A stretch of DNA of 64,000 nucleotides, taken from assembly GCA_950097015.1 (NCBI GenBank), contig CATNEN010000007.1, positions 868,001 through 932,000 on the forward strand, written 5' to 3'. The notes under the pieces are model-generated. The model saw only the letters and a list, made by a program, of their open reading frames with translations, was not told the origin of the DNA and made no database searches. Source of the stretch: Macrostomum hystrix (Eukaryota; Animalia; Platyhelminthes). Shown in pieces: positions 12,095 through 25,784 of this stretch (position 1 is the first letter of the stretch; each line of letters opens with the position of its first letter). The position numbers were made by a program, and so were the translations under genes.

Positions 12095-13341
12095 AATCGT
12101 AGCAGGACTCGTAGCTACAATCGAGCAGGAATCGTAGCTAGAATCGAAGCAGGAATCGTAGCTAGAATCGATGCAGGACTCGTAGCTAGAATCAAAGCAG
12201 GACTCGTAGCTACAATCGAGCAGGAATCGAAGCTAGAATCGAAGCTAGAATCGTAGCTAGAATCGAAGCAGGAATCGTAGCTAGAATCGATGCAGGACTC
12301 GTAGCTACAATCGATGCAGGACTCGTAGCTACAATCAAAGCAGGACTCGTAGCTAGAATCGAAGCAGGAATCGTAGCTAGAATCGTAGCTAGAATCGTAG
12401 CTAGAATCGTAGCTAGAATCAAAGCAGGACTCGGAGCTAGAATCAAAGCAGGAATCGTATCTAAAATCAAAGCAGGAATCGTAGCTAGAATCAAAGCAGG
12501 AATCGTATCTAGAATCGAAGCAGGAATCGTAGCTAGAATCAAAGCAGGGATCGTATCTAGAATCGAAGCAGGAATCGTAGCTAGAATCGTAGCTAGAGTC
12601 AAAGCAGGAATCGTAGCTAGAATCAAAGCAGGAATCGTATCTAAAATCGAAGCAGGAATCGAGCAGGAATCGTAGCTAGAATCAAAGCAGGAATCGTATC
12701 TAGAATCGAAGCAGGAATCGTAGCTAGAATCAAAGCAGGAATCGTAGCTAGAATCGTAGCTAGAATCGTAGCTAGAATCGTAGCTAGAATCAAAGCAGGA
12801 CTCGGAGCTAGAATCAAAGCAGGAATCGTATCTAAAATCAAAACAGGAATCGTAGCTAGAATCAAAGCAGGAATCGTATCTAGAATCGAAGCAGGAATCG
12901 TAGCTAGAATCAAAGCAGGGATCGTATCTAGAATCGAAGCAGGAATCGTAGCTAGAATCGTAGCTAGAGTCAAAGCAGGAATCGTAGCTAGAATCAAAGC
13001 AGGAATCGTATCTAAAATCGAAGCAGGAATCGAAGCAGGAATCGTAGCTAGAATCAAAGCAGGAATCTTATCTAGAATCGAAGCAGGAATCGTAGCTAGA
13101 ATCAAAGCAGGAATCGTATCTAAAATCGAAGCAGGAATCGTAGCAGGAATCGTAGCTAGAATCAAAGCAGGAATCGTATCTAAAATCGAAGCAGGAATCG
13201 TAGCTAGAATCGTAGCTAGAATCAAAGCAGGAATCGTATCTAAAATCGAAGCAGGAATCGTAGCAGGAATCGTAGCTAGAATCAAAGCAGGAATCGTATC
13301 TAGAATCGAAGCAGGAATCGTAGCTAGAATCGTAGCTAGAA
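12095..13341. repeat. 24-bp minisatellite, same family as 6010-7462
   Basis: Tandem units with 12-bp sub-unit slippage. Confidence 0.95.
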
Positions 13342-13989
13342 TTCTATATATTCGCTGATGTTATACATTTTTAATCCGTAGAAAGAAACAGCTTTCGTTG
13401 TATTTAAAAAACAGAGCATCTTCTAGAAAAGAAGATTATTAAATAGAAAAACGACTAGCGTATTGAAAGTCCATCTCTACAACAAAAGAAAAAAGAGAAG
13501 AAAAGACACAATGTCAAGTTTTGTGGAAAACTTGGATTACACCAACCCGCATACAGTATTGCTAATCCTCTTTTTGAGTCTGCTCTGACTGAGATGAGAA
13601 CAATTGCTCCTGTATAGCTCGATTTTCAGATAAAAAAGAACAGAAGTTTAACATAGTTTGGGATAAGATTCTTGCCTTCAACTATAGACTTAATTGACAA
13701 TTTGCATTGTGGGTAATAAGCCCGTGAATAAATACAAATGACAACAGCTCAATGATATCACTGCTCTAGATTGCAATCCTTACCCTCTAGGCTAGGCTAA
13801 TCCTCTAGGCTAATCCTTACAAAATTGTGAACCTTTATAACCATCTATCCTTGCATGTCTCTTTAATTCTATTATTCGTCTGGTCATATTGTTCTACTCT
13901 TGTTTCTTTCTAGTTAGAGGCATCTGCGCTCGTGTTTTTCTTTTATATTGCTCCATTAATTTCACAGTATATTTATAATTATTAATATA

Positions 13990-14232
13990 ATATTTGAAGG
14001 CTGCGTACGGCTGTTCAGTCCATGGACAGTTCAGTCCAGTCCAAGTCCACACTCATTGCCCCAGCTAGTGCTGGTACCGATTTAACAGGCAACAGCTGGG
14101 TTGAACCAAGGCAGTTTAAAGTTAAGTATATTCCTAAAGGATACAAACTGTTTCAATGGAGTCGGGAATCGAACCCCCGACCTTCAAGCCGTAAGACCGA
14201 CGCTCTAAATCACTGGGCAACAACCCCCTTAA
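13990..14232 (-). mobile_element. tRNA-derived SINE family A (CORE-like central domain)
   Basis: Minus strand shows an A box, B box ggttcgattccc, a CORE-like segment, a 3' part atggactgaacagccg and an AT-rich tail. Homologous to 54579-54905. Confidence 0.8.
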
Positions 14233-14239
14233 TGTAGTG

Positions 14240-14325
14240 AAGCCCAGGAGGCCAAGACTCGAACTCATGACCCCTGGGTCAGAATTTTGAAGCTCTGACC
14301 AGTAGGCTGATGTTAAACTGAAAGC
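14240..14325 (-). mobile_element. tRNA-like SINE head fragment
   Basis: Minus strand tggtcagagc...gagttcgagtc (A and B boxes) without a complete cloverleaf. Confidence 0.45.
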
Positions 14326-14355
14326 TTTTATTGACAATATTAAAGGTGCATGTTA

Positions 14356-14600
14356 GGGGGGGGTGAGTGACAGAGCAGTCTAACACATTTGCCTCTCGCA
14401 CCAAGGTCCCTGAGCTCGATTCCGCGTCGAGGCCACCTTCGTTTGGGGCGCAGTGCCAACCACCAAGGCACAGTGAGAGTGTACACTACCTGACGATGAG
14501 AAAGTCAGGGGCAGATGTACACACCTGAATGAGTGTGTGCTCAGGAGTCAGCGGTATGGGCAGAACTGCCACCTCGCTGGCGATAATATTATTATATAAT
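14356..14600 (+). mobile_element. tRNA-derived SINE family B (internally deleted copy)
   Basis: Shares the head and ggcacagtgagagtgtacact..gaaagtcagg..gtgctcaggagtcagcg with 21798, 35627 and 57196. ATT-rich tail. Confidence 0.8.
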
Positions 14601-15146
14601 TATGGTAAATGCTAGAAGTCGCTTTAATAAGTAACTCCGTCATACCCTGCAATTCCATTCTATGAAAGTACGTAAGAGAATGCAGCTGTTCTGTGAGCCA
14701 GCAAACCAAATTCAGGCATTCGCTCGCAGACGCAGTATTTAATCTCGCCATTCAATCGTCATCTATTGTGTTGTCAAGGCTCAAATATTAATAGCTAATG
14801 AATGCTAATACACGGAGAAATTATCAATTTGACAAATCTATCAGTTGGAATCAAGTCAATCATTGTGCAAGGCTTTTAACAACGAACTAATTAAAATTGC
14901 TGCTTTATTATGGTGGTAAATGAAAGCTGACTTTAACTAGGCCTTCTTTTCAGAGATGTTGTGCCAATCATATATTTATCACTGATCATCTGCAACATCC
15001 TGGGGGGCTTCGGGCTAGAGCAGTGATTTTAGAGCAGAAAATAAATGAGATCATCCAGCATCATTTTTCTTCTTTAACAGTTTCCGGCTAATAAGATGAA
15101 GAGTTAAAGTCAATTCGCAGGCTTGTGAATTCGCAGTTCGCTGGAA

Positions 15147-15401
15147 TCATCGCCGACCGAACTCGTACCACTTCTTGCCGAGTCTGTGGCCGTGTCCGCC
15201 GCGATTCAGCTGGCCTCGGCTGGCGTACAGCTTCAAGAACAATTCGTCATCCTCCTCCAGGATGGCTCGCAGTAGCTCCTTGGCTGCGATCTCCCGTTCA
15301 GCGGCCGCCAATTCGTTGCCGCTGGCTCTGGCGTTGGCAGCGTCGACCAGACAGACGGCAGCGACAGCGGAGAGCAGGATCAGGAAGCAGGATGCGCGCA
15401 T
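15147..15401 (-). CDS. Neuropeptide precursor (84 aa): signal peptide, acidic spacer, ..GGHGHRL-G-KK-WYEF-G-RR
   Basis: Signal peptide MRASCFLILLSAVAAVCLVDA. Two Gly-dibasic amidation/cleavage sites. Acceptor aatttcag| 14 nt upstream of the ATG (intron 15416-16030). AATAAA on the minus strand at 14904-14909. Confidence 0.85.
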   Translation of the reverse strand: MRASCFLILLSAVAAVCLVDAANARASGNELAAAEREIAAKELLRAILEEDDELFLKLYASRGQLNRGGHGHRLGKKWYEFGRR

Positions 15402-16030
15402 GGTCTAGCCGCGGACTGAAATTGTGCCAGAAATTATCAATCCGAATTGAGCAGTTTTGGACTTTCTTCACAAGCCAAATCTTGTTTATTTCACACATGT
15501 TATTTTGGCCTGACAGGGTTTAATGAAAGTCAATTAATCACTGCAGGATGCCGATGGTAGCTTAGTAGGGAATCCAAGCTTTATTGGCAAAACTTTTGTT
15601 ATAATTCTATGCTAACTACGAGCTCTATTTATTCTATTTACTTACCTTTTCGATGTTTTCTATGGAATCCAAGCTGGACTATTGTCGATTATATCTGCGG
15701 AAATATCTGGTCTCTAATTCAGTGTGAGTAGCTCAGCTTATATACTGATGAAAATCCAAAATAACCATTTTTTTTATCCCCGTGAGCAAGGATTTAAATA
15801 TTTTGATTCCCTTGCTTAGGAAAGCGATTGTCAAGAATCTAGGCTTGTTGATTTCCTGCTTGAAGATGACAATCTAATTTGTAAAATCAAACGGCTTGCC
15901 CCTTGGAGATTTTCAAGTGAACCGAATTTTCGGACAGCAATCGACATGGGAATTCCATTCCTATATTTGCATTAAAAATCTATTCAATCATAATTGTTTC
16001 GTTTCGCAAAGTGATTAAACTTAAGCTTAC

Positions 16031-16165
16031 CTCTCTCTTAGCTGTTGCTTTGGATAAATTGAAATGTTCTCAAGACTCTAATCTTTCTTGGGCGGGGAGC
16101 CTCGGGGCGTTGCTTAAAATAGCCGCGGCTTGAGGGGCCGAGACACGCCAAAGCTTTCATTGGTC
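16031..16165 (-). promoter_or_regulatory. Non-coding first exon and promoter of the neuropeptide gene
   Basis: Minus-strand donor gag|gtaagc at 16031/16030, TATA-like tattttaa near 16113-16120, CCAAT near 16160. Confidence 0.55.
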
Positions 16166-16569
16166 CACATGGAGCATGGCGATTTGGGCCGATCTAGCTG
16201 AAACTGGATAATCCGATCGATAATCCATTCGTCGCCTCACAATGCTCGCACGATCATTGAGGGAATTGCTTGATTTCTTCTAGGAGAATGAGAATTGAGC
16301 CTATTTGTTTCTCAAAGAGCGGAAATTGCAATCCAATAAGCAAGACAAGGTGATTGTTTCCGAGTCTATCAACTGGAAATAGTCAAGACTTGCTTTTGTA
16401 GAAGGAACAGTAAAGATTTCGCTGATTGGCGGGATGAACAATGAAAATTACTTCAAAGTAGTAGGTGATCCGAATGCGCATAGGTCAATGTACTATTGAA
16501 TGCTACAAGACACTATGAACAAGGACATTCTAGAATATTAAGGTAGGACACATGGCTGCAGTAATAGGA

Positions 16570-17995
16570 CTGTGATGAGATGCAGGTAGGCCTGTGATGA
16601 GATGCAGGTAGGACAGTGATGAGATGCAGGTATAGGACTGTGATGAGATGCGGGTATAGGACTGTGATGAGATGCAGGTAGGACAGTGATGAGAAGCAGG
16701 TATAGGACTGTGATGAGATGCAGGTAGGACAGTGATGAGAAGCAGGTATAGGACTGTGATGAGATGCAGGTAGGACAGTGATGAGATGCAGGTATAGGAC
16801 TGTGATGAGATGCGGGTATAGGACTGTGATGAGATGCAGGTAGGACAGTGATGAGAAGCAGGTATAGGACTGTGATGAGATGCAGGTAGGACAGTGATGA
16901 GAAGCAGGTATAGGACTGTGATGAGATGCAGGTAGGACAGTGATGAGATGCAGGTATAGGACTGTGATGAGATGCAGGTATAGGACAGTGATGAGATGCA
17001 GGTATAGGACAGTGATGAGATGCAGGTATAGGACTGTGATGAGATGCAGGTATAGGACTGTGATGAGAAGCAGGTATAGGACTGTGATGAGAAGCAGTAT
17101 AGGACTGTGATGAGATGCAGGTAGGACAGTGATGAGATGCAGGTATAGGACTCTGATGAAATGCAGGTATAGGACAGTGATGAGATGCAGGTATAGGACA
17201 GTGATGAGATGCAGGTATAGGACAGTGATGAGATACAGGTATAGGACTCTGATGAGATGCAGGTATAGGACTCTGATGAGATGCAGGTAGGACAGTGATG
17301 AGATGCAGGTAGGACAGTGATGAGATGCAGGTATAGGACTCTGATGAGATGCAGGTATAGGACTGTGATGAGATGCAGGTATAGGACAGTGATGAGATGC
17401 AGGTAGGACAGTGATGAGATGCAGGTAGACAGTGATGAGATGCAGGTATAGGACTGTGATGAGATACAGGTATAGGACTGTGATGAGATGCAGGTAGGAC
17501 AGCGATAGATGCAGGAATAGGACTCTGATGAGATGCAGGTAGGACAACGATAGATACAGGTATAGGACTCTGATGAGATGCAGGTAGGACAGTGATGAGA
17601 TACAGGTATAGGACTCTTATGAGATGCAGGTAGGACTGTGATGAGATGCAGGTAGGACAGCGATAGATGTAGGAATAGGACTCTGATGAGATGCGGCTAG
17701 GACAGTGATGGCTGCATTAATAGGACTGTGATGAGATGCAGGTAGGACTGTGATGAGATGCAGGTATGGGACAGTGATTGGTGAGATGCAGGTAGGACAG
17801 TGATGGGTGAGATGCAGGTAGGACAGTGATGGGTGAGATGCAGGTATGACAGTGATGGGTGAGATGCAGGTAGGACAGTGATGGGTGAGATGCAGGTAGG
17901 ACAGTGATGGGTGAGATGCAGGTAGGACAGTGATGGGTGAGATGCAGGTAGGACAGTGATGGGTGAGATGCAGGTAGGACAGTGATGGGTGAAGC
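16570..17995. repeat. 24/22-bp minisatellite (GTGATGAGATGCAGGTATAGGACT)n
   Basis: Tandem units. Confidence 0.95.
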
Positions 17996-18139
17996 AAGTG
18001 TATTGCTATTTTGTCCAGTTTCACAGCTTTTTCATTGCTGACTACTTGCAAGTAGAATGTAAAGATAAATGAAGAAGTAGGAAATGAATTATTTTATAAT
18101 TGAATGCATTTTTCCAGTTAGTAAATACTCCTTGCTTGT

Positions 18140-19150
18140 AGATTTAGCTACTGCCAGCTGGGAAGTAGATGAAGATAGTGCCGGTTGGGAAGTAGATGAA
18201 GTTAATGCCAGTTGGGAAGTAGATGAAGAGAGTGCCGGTTGGGAAGTAGATGAAGTTAATGCCAGTTGCGAAATAGATGAAGATAGTGCCGGTTGGGAAG
18301 TAGATGAAGATAATGCCAGTTGGGAAGTAGATGAAGATAATGCCAGTTGGGAAGTAGATGAAGATAATGCCGGTTGGGAAGTAGATGAAGAGAGTGCCGG
18401 TTGGGAAGTAGATGAAGATAATTCCAGTTAGGAAGTAGATGAAGATAATTCCAGTTGGGAAGTAGATGAAGATAATTCCAGTTGGGAAGTAGATGAAGAT
18501 AATTCCAGTTGGGAAGTAGATGAAGATAATTCCAGTTGGGAAGTAGATGAAGATAATTCCAGTTGGGAAGTAGATGAAGATAATTCCAGTTGGGAAGTAG
18601 ATGAAGATAATTCCAGTTGCGAAGTAGATGAAGATAATTCCAGTTGGGAAGTAGATGAAGATAATTCCAGTTGGGAAGTAGATGAAGATAATTCCAGTTG
18701 CGAAGTAGATGAAGATAATTCCAGTTGGGAAGTAGATGAAGATAATTCCAGTTGGGAAGTAGATGAAGATAATTCCAGTTGGGAAGTAGATGAAGATAAT
18801 TCCAGTTGGGAAGTAGATGAAGATAATTCCAGTTGGGAAGTAGATGAAGATAATTCCAGTTGGGAAGTAGATGAAGATAATTCCAGTTGGGAAGTAGATG
18901 AAGATAATTCCAGTTGGGAAGTAGATGAAGATAATTCCAGTTGGGAAGTAGATGAAGAGTGCCAGTTGGGAAGTAGATGAAGATAATTCCAGTTGGGAAG
19001 TAGATGAAGATAATGCCAGTTGGGAAGTAGATGAAGATTATTCCAGTTGGGAAGTAGATGAAGATAATTCCAGTTGGGAAGTAGATGAAGAGTGCCAGTT
19101 GGGAAGTAGATGAATAGTGCCAGTTGGTAAAAGTGCCAGTTGGGAAGAAG
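18140..19150. repeat. 27-bp minisatellite (CCAGTTGGGAAGTAGATGAAGATAATT)n
   Basis: Tandem units. Confidence 0.95.
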
Positions 19151-20610
19151 ATGAACGATATCAGCAGATTCTGCACAGCAGTTGGTGCGCCTGAACATTG
19201 GCAAACAAAAATCACTTTATGGCACTTTTAGCAAACAATAAAATCACAATGGCGGTAGCTTTATTGCATTTTCTTTTATGCTGCAGTGGAGTGCCTATGC
19301 TCAAAGTCATGGCCTGCTCAGCTGAGACTTGCATCTGTTCTGTTGGGACGGAGACTTTGGAAGCTGTAAATCAAATGCTTATGAGAGAGAGAACTCAATG
19401 GCTAAACGTACTCAGACGCAACTCATGCCGCTAAGGCTATGGGCTGATGAGCTAAATAATTAATATCTTCATTTTTATTGCGTTCGTTCTCAGTAGCAGA
19501 AATCTGTTGACTTGAGCAATGTCGGATGAGCAGTGATTTTTTTTCCGAATGTCTACCGACTCAGGTTATTTAAGATTATTATACACTTTTTGGTTTTACT
19601 GATCTACTAATCCGAATTCAAAATTGAGTAGCTTAGATAAACCTACTATCTCCTTCTTCGTCTACCCTGCTATTACCCACTATCTACTTCTTTATCTACC
19701 CAACTCTCTACTTTTTTATCTACCCTGCTAAGTACATAGATGTTCACCCTACTATTAACTTCTTTATAAACCCTACCATTAATCATCTACCTACCTAATC
19801 TATACTTTGTTTTCTACCCTAAACTCTACTGCTTTATCTAACCTACCATTCTACTTTGCTGCCTACTGTACCTTCTACTACACTTTCTTAGCCCTGAAAT
19901 CTAACTTACTAACCTAACCTAACCAAATCTAATTTACCTGGGGCATTTTAATGCCTACCCTACCATCCACTGCGCAGTCGACCCAACCCAACAATCTGCC
20001 TAGCTAGACACAGCCAGCATTCACTCCGGCTTATATTTTGCTTGTGATGGGACAACTCAGTTTGGCCCGGATGCTGGATGATGGAGCCAGTTTGAGTAGA
20101 CTCAGCATCGGCATCGCAGCATTGTTGTGCTCTAGCTCTACTCCACTGCCCTAACTTGCACTCCGCGGGTCAGGCGGCGGTGAGTATAGGGATTTCTGTT
20201 AAGGGCCTGTTTCTCTCCCAAGAGTGGTGGAAGAGAGCCAGAGAGAAAAAAACTGAATTTTGGGATTTGACCGATTGGCTCTCGTGTGAGACACGCAGAG
20301 AGGGGAGAGCAACGTGAGACCGATTGGGAAGAGCTTAAGGAGTGGAGTCTGGCTTCATGGCTGCCGGACCGGAGCTGGGGATAAGAAGAGGCGAGGGTGT
20401 GACAAACAGCGGGGCTTCCTTCCTGACAGGTTTTCACCCGCTCTGCAACCTCTTCCCGCTCATCACTACAGCCTCCGCTTCCACAAGCAATTAGCAGCTG
20501 AAAAGCAGAAGCATATTGGACTAGCAGGCATCGATTTCAGGGGCGCTACTGGTATCCTCCCTGCTTTTATTAAAACACTGAAATTGCCAGTTCCACTTGG
20601 TGAATTCAGA

Positions 20611-20670
20611 ATGATGTTTGACGATAAGAAACTGTTCCTGCTGAAGTCATGGCTTGCTGTTGCTGCTGCC

Positions 20671-20713
<43 letters not shown>

Positions 20714-23700
20714 CTGACGATGCGGCTGTCAATGTTGGCGAGCGTTTTCAAGGTAAGTCCGACCTAAGCTGATAAAATTCTCTGTTTAGCATACAATACA
20801 ATTTCACCATCTTCAACTCCCAGCAATCTAATTCATTTTCAACCCTATGATTTTACTTACTGTCTGAAATAATTTACGATTCACGATTCAAATATCTACC
20901 ACACTGTCTACCCTACTATCTACTACACTGTCTACCCTACTATCTACTACACTGTCTACCCTACAATCTACTACACTGTCTACCCTACAATCTACTACAC
21001 TGTCTACCCTACTATCTACTACACTGTCTACCCTACTATCTACTACACTGTCTACCCTACTATCTACTACACTGTCTACCCAACTATCTACTACACTGTC
21101 TACCCAACTATCTACTACACTGTCTACCCTACTATCTACTACACTGTCTACCCGACTATCTACTAGACTGTCTACCCGACTATCTATCTAAGGTAGACTG
21201 TCTACCCTACTATCTTCTACACTGTCTAACTTCTACTACCAATGTGTCCACCCTAATATCTGACAATGTGTCCACCCTATTATCTACCAATGTGTCCACC
21301 CTAATATCTGCCAATGTGTCCACCCTAATATCTACCAAAGTGTCTACTATACAATCTACTACCTTACCGACTACCTGCATTCCTTACCGATTCGTCAAAT
21401 TTCGCAGTGCCTCAAATTGCGAATTTCAAATTGCCTCACGCCTCGGCCGACATCTGCGGCTCCGACGAGGAGTGCCGGGCCGGCCGAGTCTGCAGCAGGT
21501 GGCCGCCGCCGGGGCGGTGCGTCTGCGCCAGTCGCAGCCATTGCACAGCCAGGCAGCAGCTGTACAGCCGGCCTGTGTGCGGCTCCAACGGCCGGCTGTA
21601 CAGCAGCCACTGCGAGATGCACCGTGCCGCCTGCCTCACCCGACAGAAGATAAGGGCTGCGCGCGGCTCCTGCGGCACTGCCGGCGGCAGATGGATTGCA
21701 GGTGACAATCTTTGATGAATAGGTGTCTTGCTTCCCATCGGCTAAGATTCGAACTCCTGGACTGCTATCGGAAGTCCGTAGCTTTAACTACAAGCCAGGG
21801 GGCAGGTGGCAGAGCGGTTAACGCGTCTGCCTCTCGTGCCAAGGTCCCTAAGTTCGATTCCAGGAGGCCACATTCGTTTGTGGCACAGCCGCGGAGAGAA
21901 GGCTTGAGGGCTTGTCGTGCAATTTTCGCCTTTGAGGGCCAACCTCGAAGGCACAGTGAGAGTGTACACTGCCTGACGATGAGAAAGTCAGGGCAGATGT
22001 ACACACCTGTGTCAGCGTGTACCTGTGTACGGTATTTGTGTGCGTGTGTGCTCAGGAGTCAGCGAAATGGGCAGAATTGCCTACTCGCTGACTGCGGGTC
22101 TAGTGTCACCAAATGATGTGCCATTGCCCGCAGCCCTCCTGCAATTATTATTTTTATTCACAACAAGCTCTCTTTGTTTATTTGTGTCTGTTCTAGATGT
22201 GCGTCTCTTCTAGATGTCTGTCTGTTCTAGATGTGTGTCTGTTCTAGATGTCTGTCTGTTCTAGATGTCTGTCTGTCCTAGATGTCTGTCTGTCTGTCCT
22301 AGATGTCTGTTCTAGATGTGTGTCTGTTCTAGATGTGTGTCTGTTTTAGATGTCTGTCTGTTCTAGATGTGTGTCTGTTCTAGATGTCTGTCTGTTCTAG
22401 ATGTCTGTCTGTTCTAGATGTCTGTCTGTTCTAGATGTCTGTCTGTTCTAGATGTGTGTCTGTTCTAGATGTGTGTCTGTTCTAGATGTCTGTCTGTTCT
22501 AGATGTCTGTCTGTTCTAGATGTGTGTCTGTTCTAGATGTCTGTCTGTTCTAGACGTCTGTTCTAGATGTGTGTCTGTCCTAGATGTCTGTCTGTCTGTC
22601 CTAGATGTCTGTTCTAGATGTGTGTCTGTCCTAGATGTCTGTCTGTCTGTCCTAGATGTCTGTTGTAGATGTCTGTCTGTTAGAGTGAAAAGCCAGCTCA
22701 TATTGTGTGGCGCTAAGAAGGTTCTCAATCTATTGGCACAGTTCTGGATGCCACCTGTCCCAATTGTGCCCTTATTTGCACTGATATGAAATGCAAACCG
22801 GACAGTCTTTCAAGGCTTGGAGCGATAGTCTATACTCATATATAAAAAAGTAAAGTAAAGTAGGATCAGTGGCCAGTGCCGGCTGTCACATGCTGCTTGT
22901 CTTCCTACCGCCTGACTTCCTCCTACTCGGTACGGCTCGACAAGTGGCCCTAGAGAAACCTGCAGGCCAGCCGCAGACAGGAAGGAAGGAATGAGGAAAC
23001 TGCAGATGCCCCACATCTGCGCCCTCTTGGAAAGAAAATTGTTGGGAAAAAAGAAGACTTCATGCCCCCCGGGTCGGCAAAGGATATCCCGGCACACACA
23101 CTCACACACATCCCCGAACCCCACAGATAATTACATTTCCCCTCAAAAGATCCCATCTACCGCCTCTCTCCGAGTGTATTTTTTCAACTCAACCCAAGCT
23201 GCATCTCAATGAACAGTGGACAGATCAGGACGAGACAGGGTTTGGTTTGAATCGACTGTCAATGTAGGAATTAAGTTGAGAACTGTTTCCTAGAAAAAAA
23301 TTTCATCGCAGCCTCAATAAAAACAATCTCTCTAGCCCTTGGACAAGACAACCAGCTTATTGGGGTAGAAATTAGTTCGGGTGGGTGTCTCATCCCCTCA
23401 CAGACACCTCACAGACACCCGCCTCACAGAACAGACACCCATCTAGAACAGACAGACATCTAGAACAGACAGACATCTAGAACAGACAGACATCTAGAAC
23501 AGACAGACATCTAGAACAGACAGACATCTAGAACAGACAGACATCTAGAACAGACAGACATCTAGAACAGACAGACATCTAGAACAGACACACATCTAGA
23601 ACAGACAGACATCTAGAACAGACAGACATCTATAACAGACAGACATCTATAATAGACATACATCAAGAACAGACAGACATCTAGAACAGATAGACATCTA

Positions 23701-25748
23701 GAACAGACAGACATCTAGAACAGACAGACATCTAGAACAGATAGACATCTAGAACAGACAGACATCTAGAACAGACAGACATCTAGAACAGACAGACATC
23801 TAGAACAGATACAACTAAACAAAGAGAGCTTGTAGTGAAAACTTCGGACTTCCAAAGGAAGGTCGTTAGTTCGAATTTTTGCACAGTATTTAATAATGAA
23901 AGCAATTTAAGGTTTATGACTTCGGCAAAAATTAAATTTTATTTGAAATAAGAAGATTAATCGGATCAAGACTAATTCTAATTCTCCCCCAATTTAGAAC
24001 TCATGTCCCTCGCACCCCAGGGAATTAGAAGCTTCCTGACTGGCTGCGGGTCTAGTGTCACCTAATGATGTGCAATTGCCCGCAGCCCTCGCAAGCAAAT
24101 ATTATTATCATTAAGAGGTCGGAAGTTCGACTCTTAACCAAAAATATAAAATTTTTGCTGAGGCTGAAATTCTATTGGGTGAGACACGCTTCCTCAGTCC
24201 ATGGACTGAACAGCCGGTACGCAGCCTTTGGAATAGCTGCGCAACATCAGTGGCTAGAGTATTAGTAGGACAAGTTGGGCGCCTGTGAACTCTCTGGGAG
24301 TGTGTGAGTGTGTGCCAAACGGATTCCAATGTTGACTGAAGAATCCCCGCTGCTCGATTTCCACACTTTAGAGGGGATTTCTGTTTGAGACGCTAGGATT
24401 ATCCCTGGGCTCCAGATTGTGAGTGGGCCAAGCTGAGACCAGTTCCGGGCTGGTGTTTTTTGTCCCACGCAGCCAGCAGCTTCTTGGATGATGCGTTTCG
24501 TTTCCTGGAAAAACCGCATGATGCAGCTCGAGCACTAAAAGCCAACTCATTTGCTCAACTGCCAAAACAGCATCGAGATTCTATTACTAAGGGCTTAACT
24601 CTCTCACTTACAGATCTCTCTGACACTCTACTGACTCCACAATACTCCACACAATCTCACAAAAATGCTCCCTAATCTCTAAGATGGTAAAGAAACTTTT
24701 TTTCCTAATAAATCATCACATTTTTTTGGTTCTGATCTCGTCCACTTTAGCCAGTTCAGCATCAAACTATGCTCTACTGTAGGGGAGCATTCAAGAATTA
24801 AAATAAAATCTATGAAGCCAATGGAAGCTTCACAATGGCTTAGTGAGGCCATCAACTCATGACTTTTTCTTTCGTAGAACGGCCACGGAAGTTCTAGGTA
24901 AGAGATGGCCTGAGCGGGAACTCAAGGCTTGAATAGAAAGTTCAGCTAGATCAATTTCTAAGAAATATTCCGTGAGATTTATGAAAAGAGAGACCTGAAT
25001 TGGTTTACCTTTTAAACTGCAAGGAGCTCTAAATTGTTGCTGCTGCAGGCACAACTGAGCACCAGTGCTCAGAATTTATCTTAATAACTAAATCCTCTCT
25101 CCCGTGTCTGTCTCTCTCCCTCTCTGTCTCACCCCTGTCTATCTCTTTCTCCCTGTCTCTCTCTCGCCCTGTCTGACTCTCTCCCTGTCTGTCTCTCTCC
25201 CCTGTCTCTCTCTCCCTCTGTCTCTCCCCTGTCTATCTCTCCCTGCCTTTCTCTCTCCCCTGTCTCTCTCTCCCTCTGTCTCTCCCCTGTCTATCTCCCT
25301 GTCTATCTCTTTCTCCCTGTCTCTCTCTCCCTGCCTGTCTATCTCTCCCCAGTCTGTCTCTCTCCCTGTCTATCTCTCTCTCTGGAGTTGCCTTGGTTCG
25401 AATCCTGATTTCATTTTTTTCGATACATATCGGAATCGATTCTAAAATTAGATTTTTGAAATTCAATGGGCAGTGTCCTCTCTCCTCTCTCCCGCTCTCT
25501 CTCTCCCTCTCCCTGTCTGTATCTCTCCCCTCTCTATCTCTCCCCTGTCTGTCTCTACAATCTCTACAAGTGTCATCCAATTCCATAACTTTGTTGCCCA
25601 TTTTCTTTTTTGTCTCAAAAATTTCCTGTGGGAATATAATCCCATCCCATCTCTCAGACGTTTTGAAGCCGGACACAGATTTTTAGTCCCAAATGCAGTT
25701 CCCCTTCAATTTCACGGCTGGCCAGTTTCAATCTCGACTCATTTAGTT

Positions 25749-25784
<36 letters not shown>

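Noticed and set aside
15147-15401. Assigning the neuropeptide to the PDF, sulfakinin or NPF families
   Set aside because: The spacer loosely recalls PDF-associated peptide and GH..R recalls sulfakinin, but the mature sequences lack the defining motifs.
19140-19434. Minus-strand acceptor-like sites and the 78-aa plus-strand ORF
   Set aside because: No matching donors or coherent reading frame.
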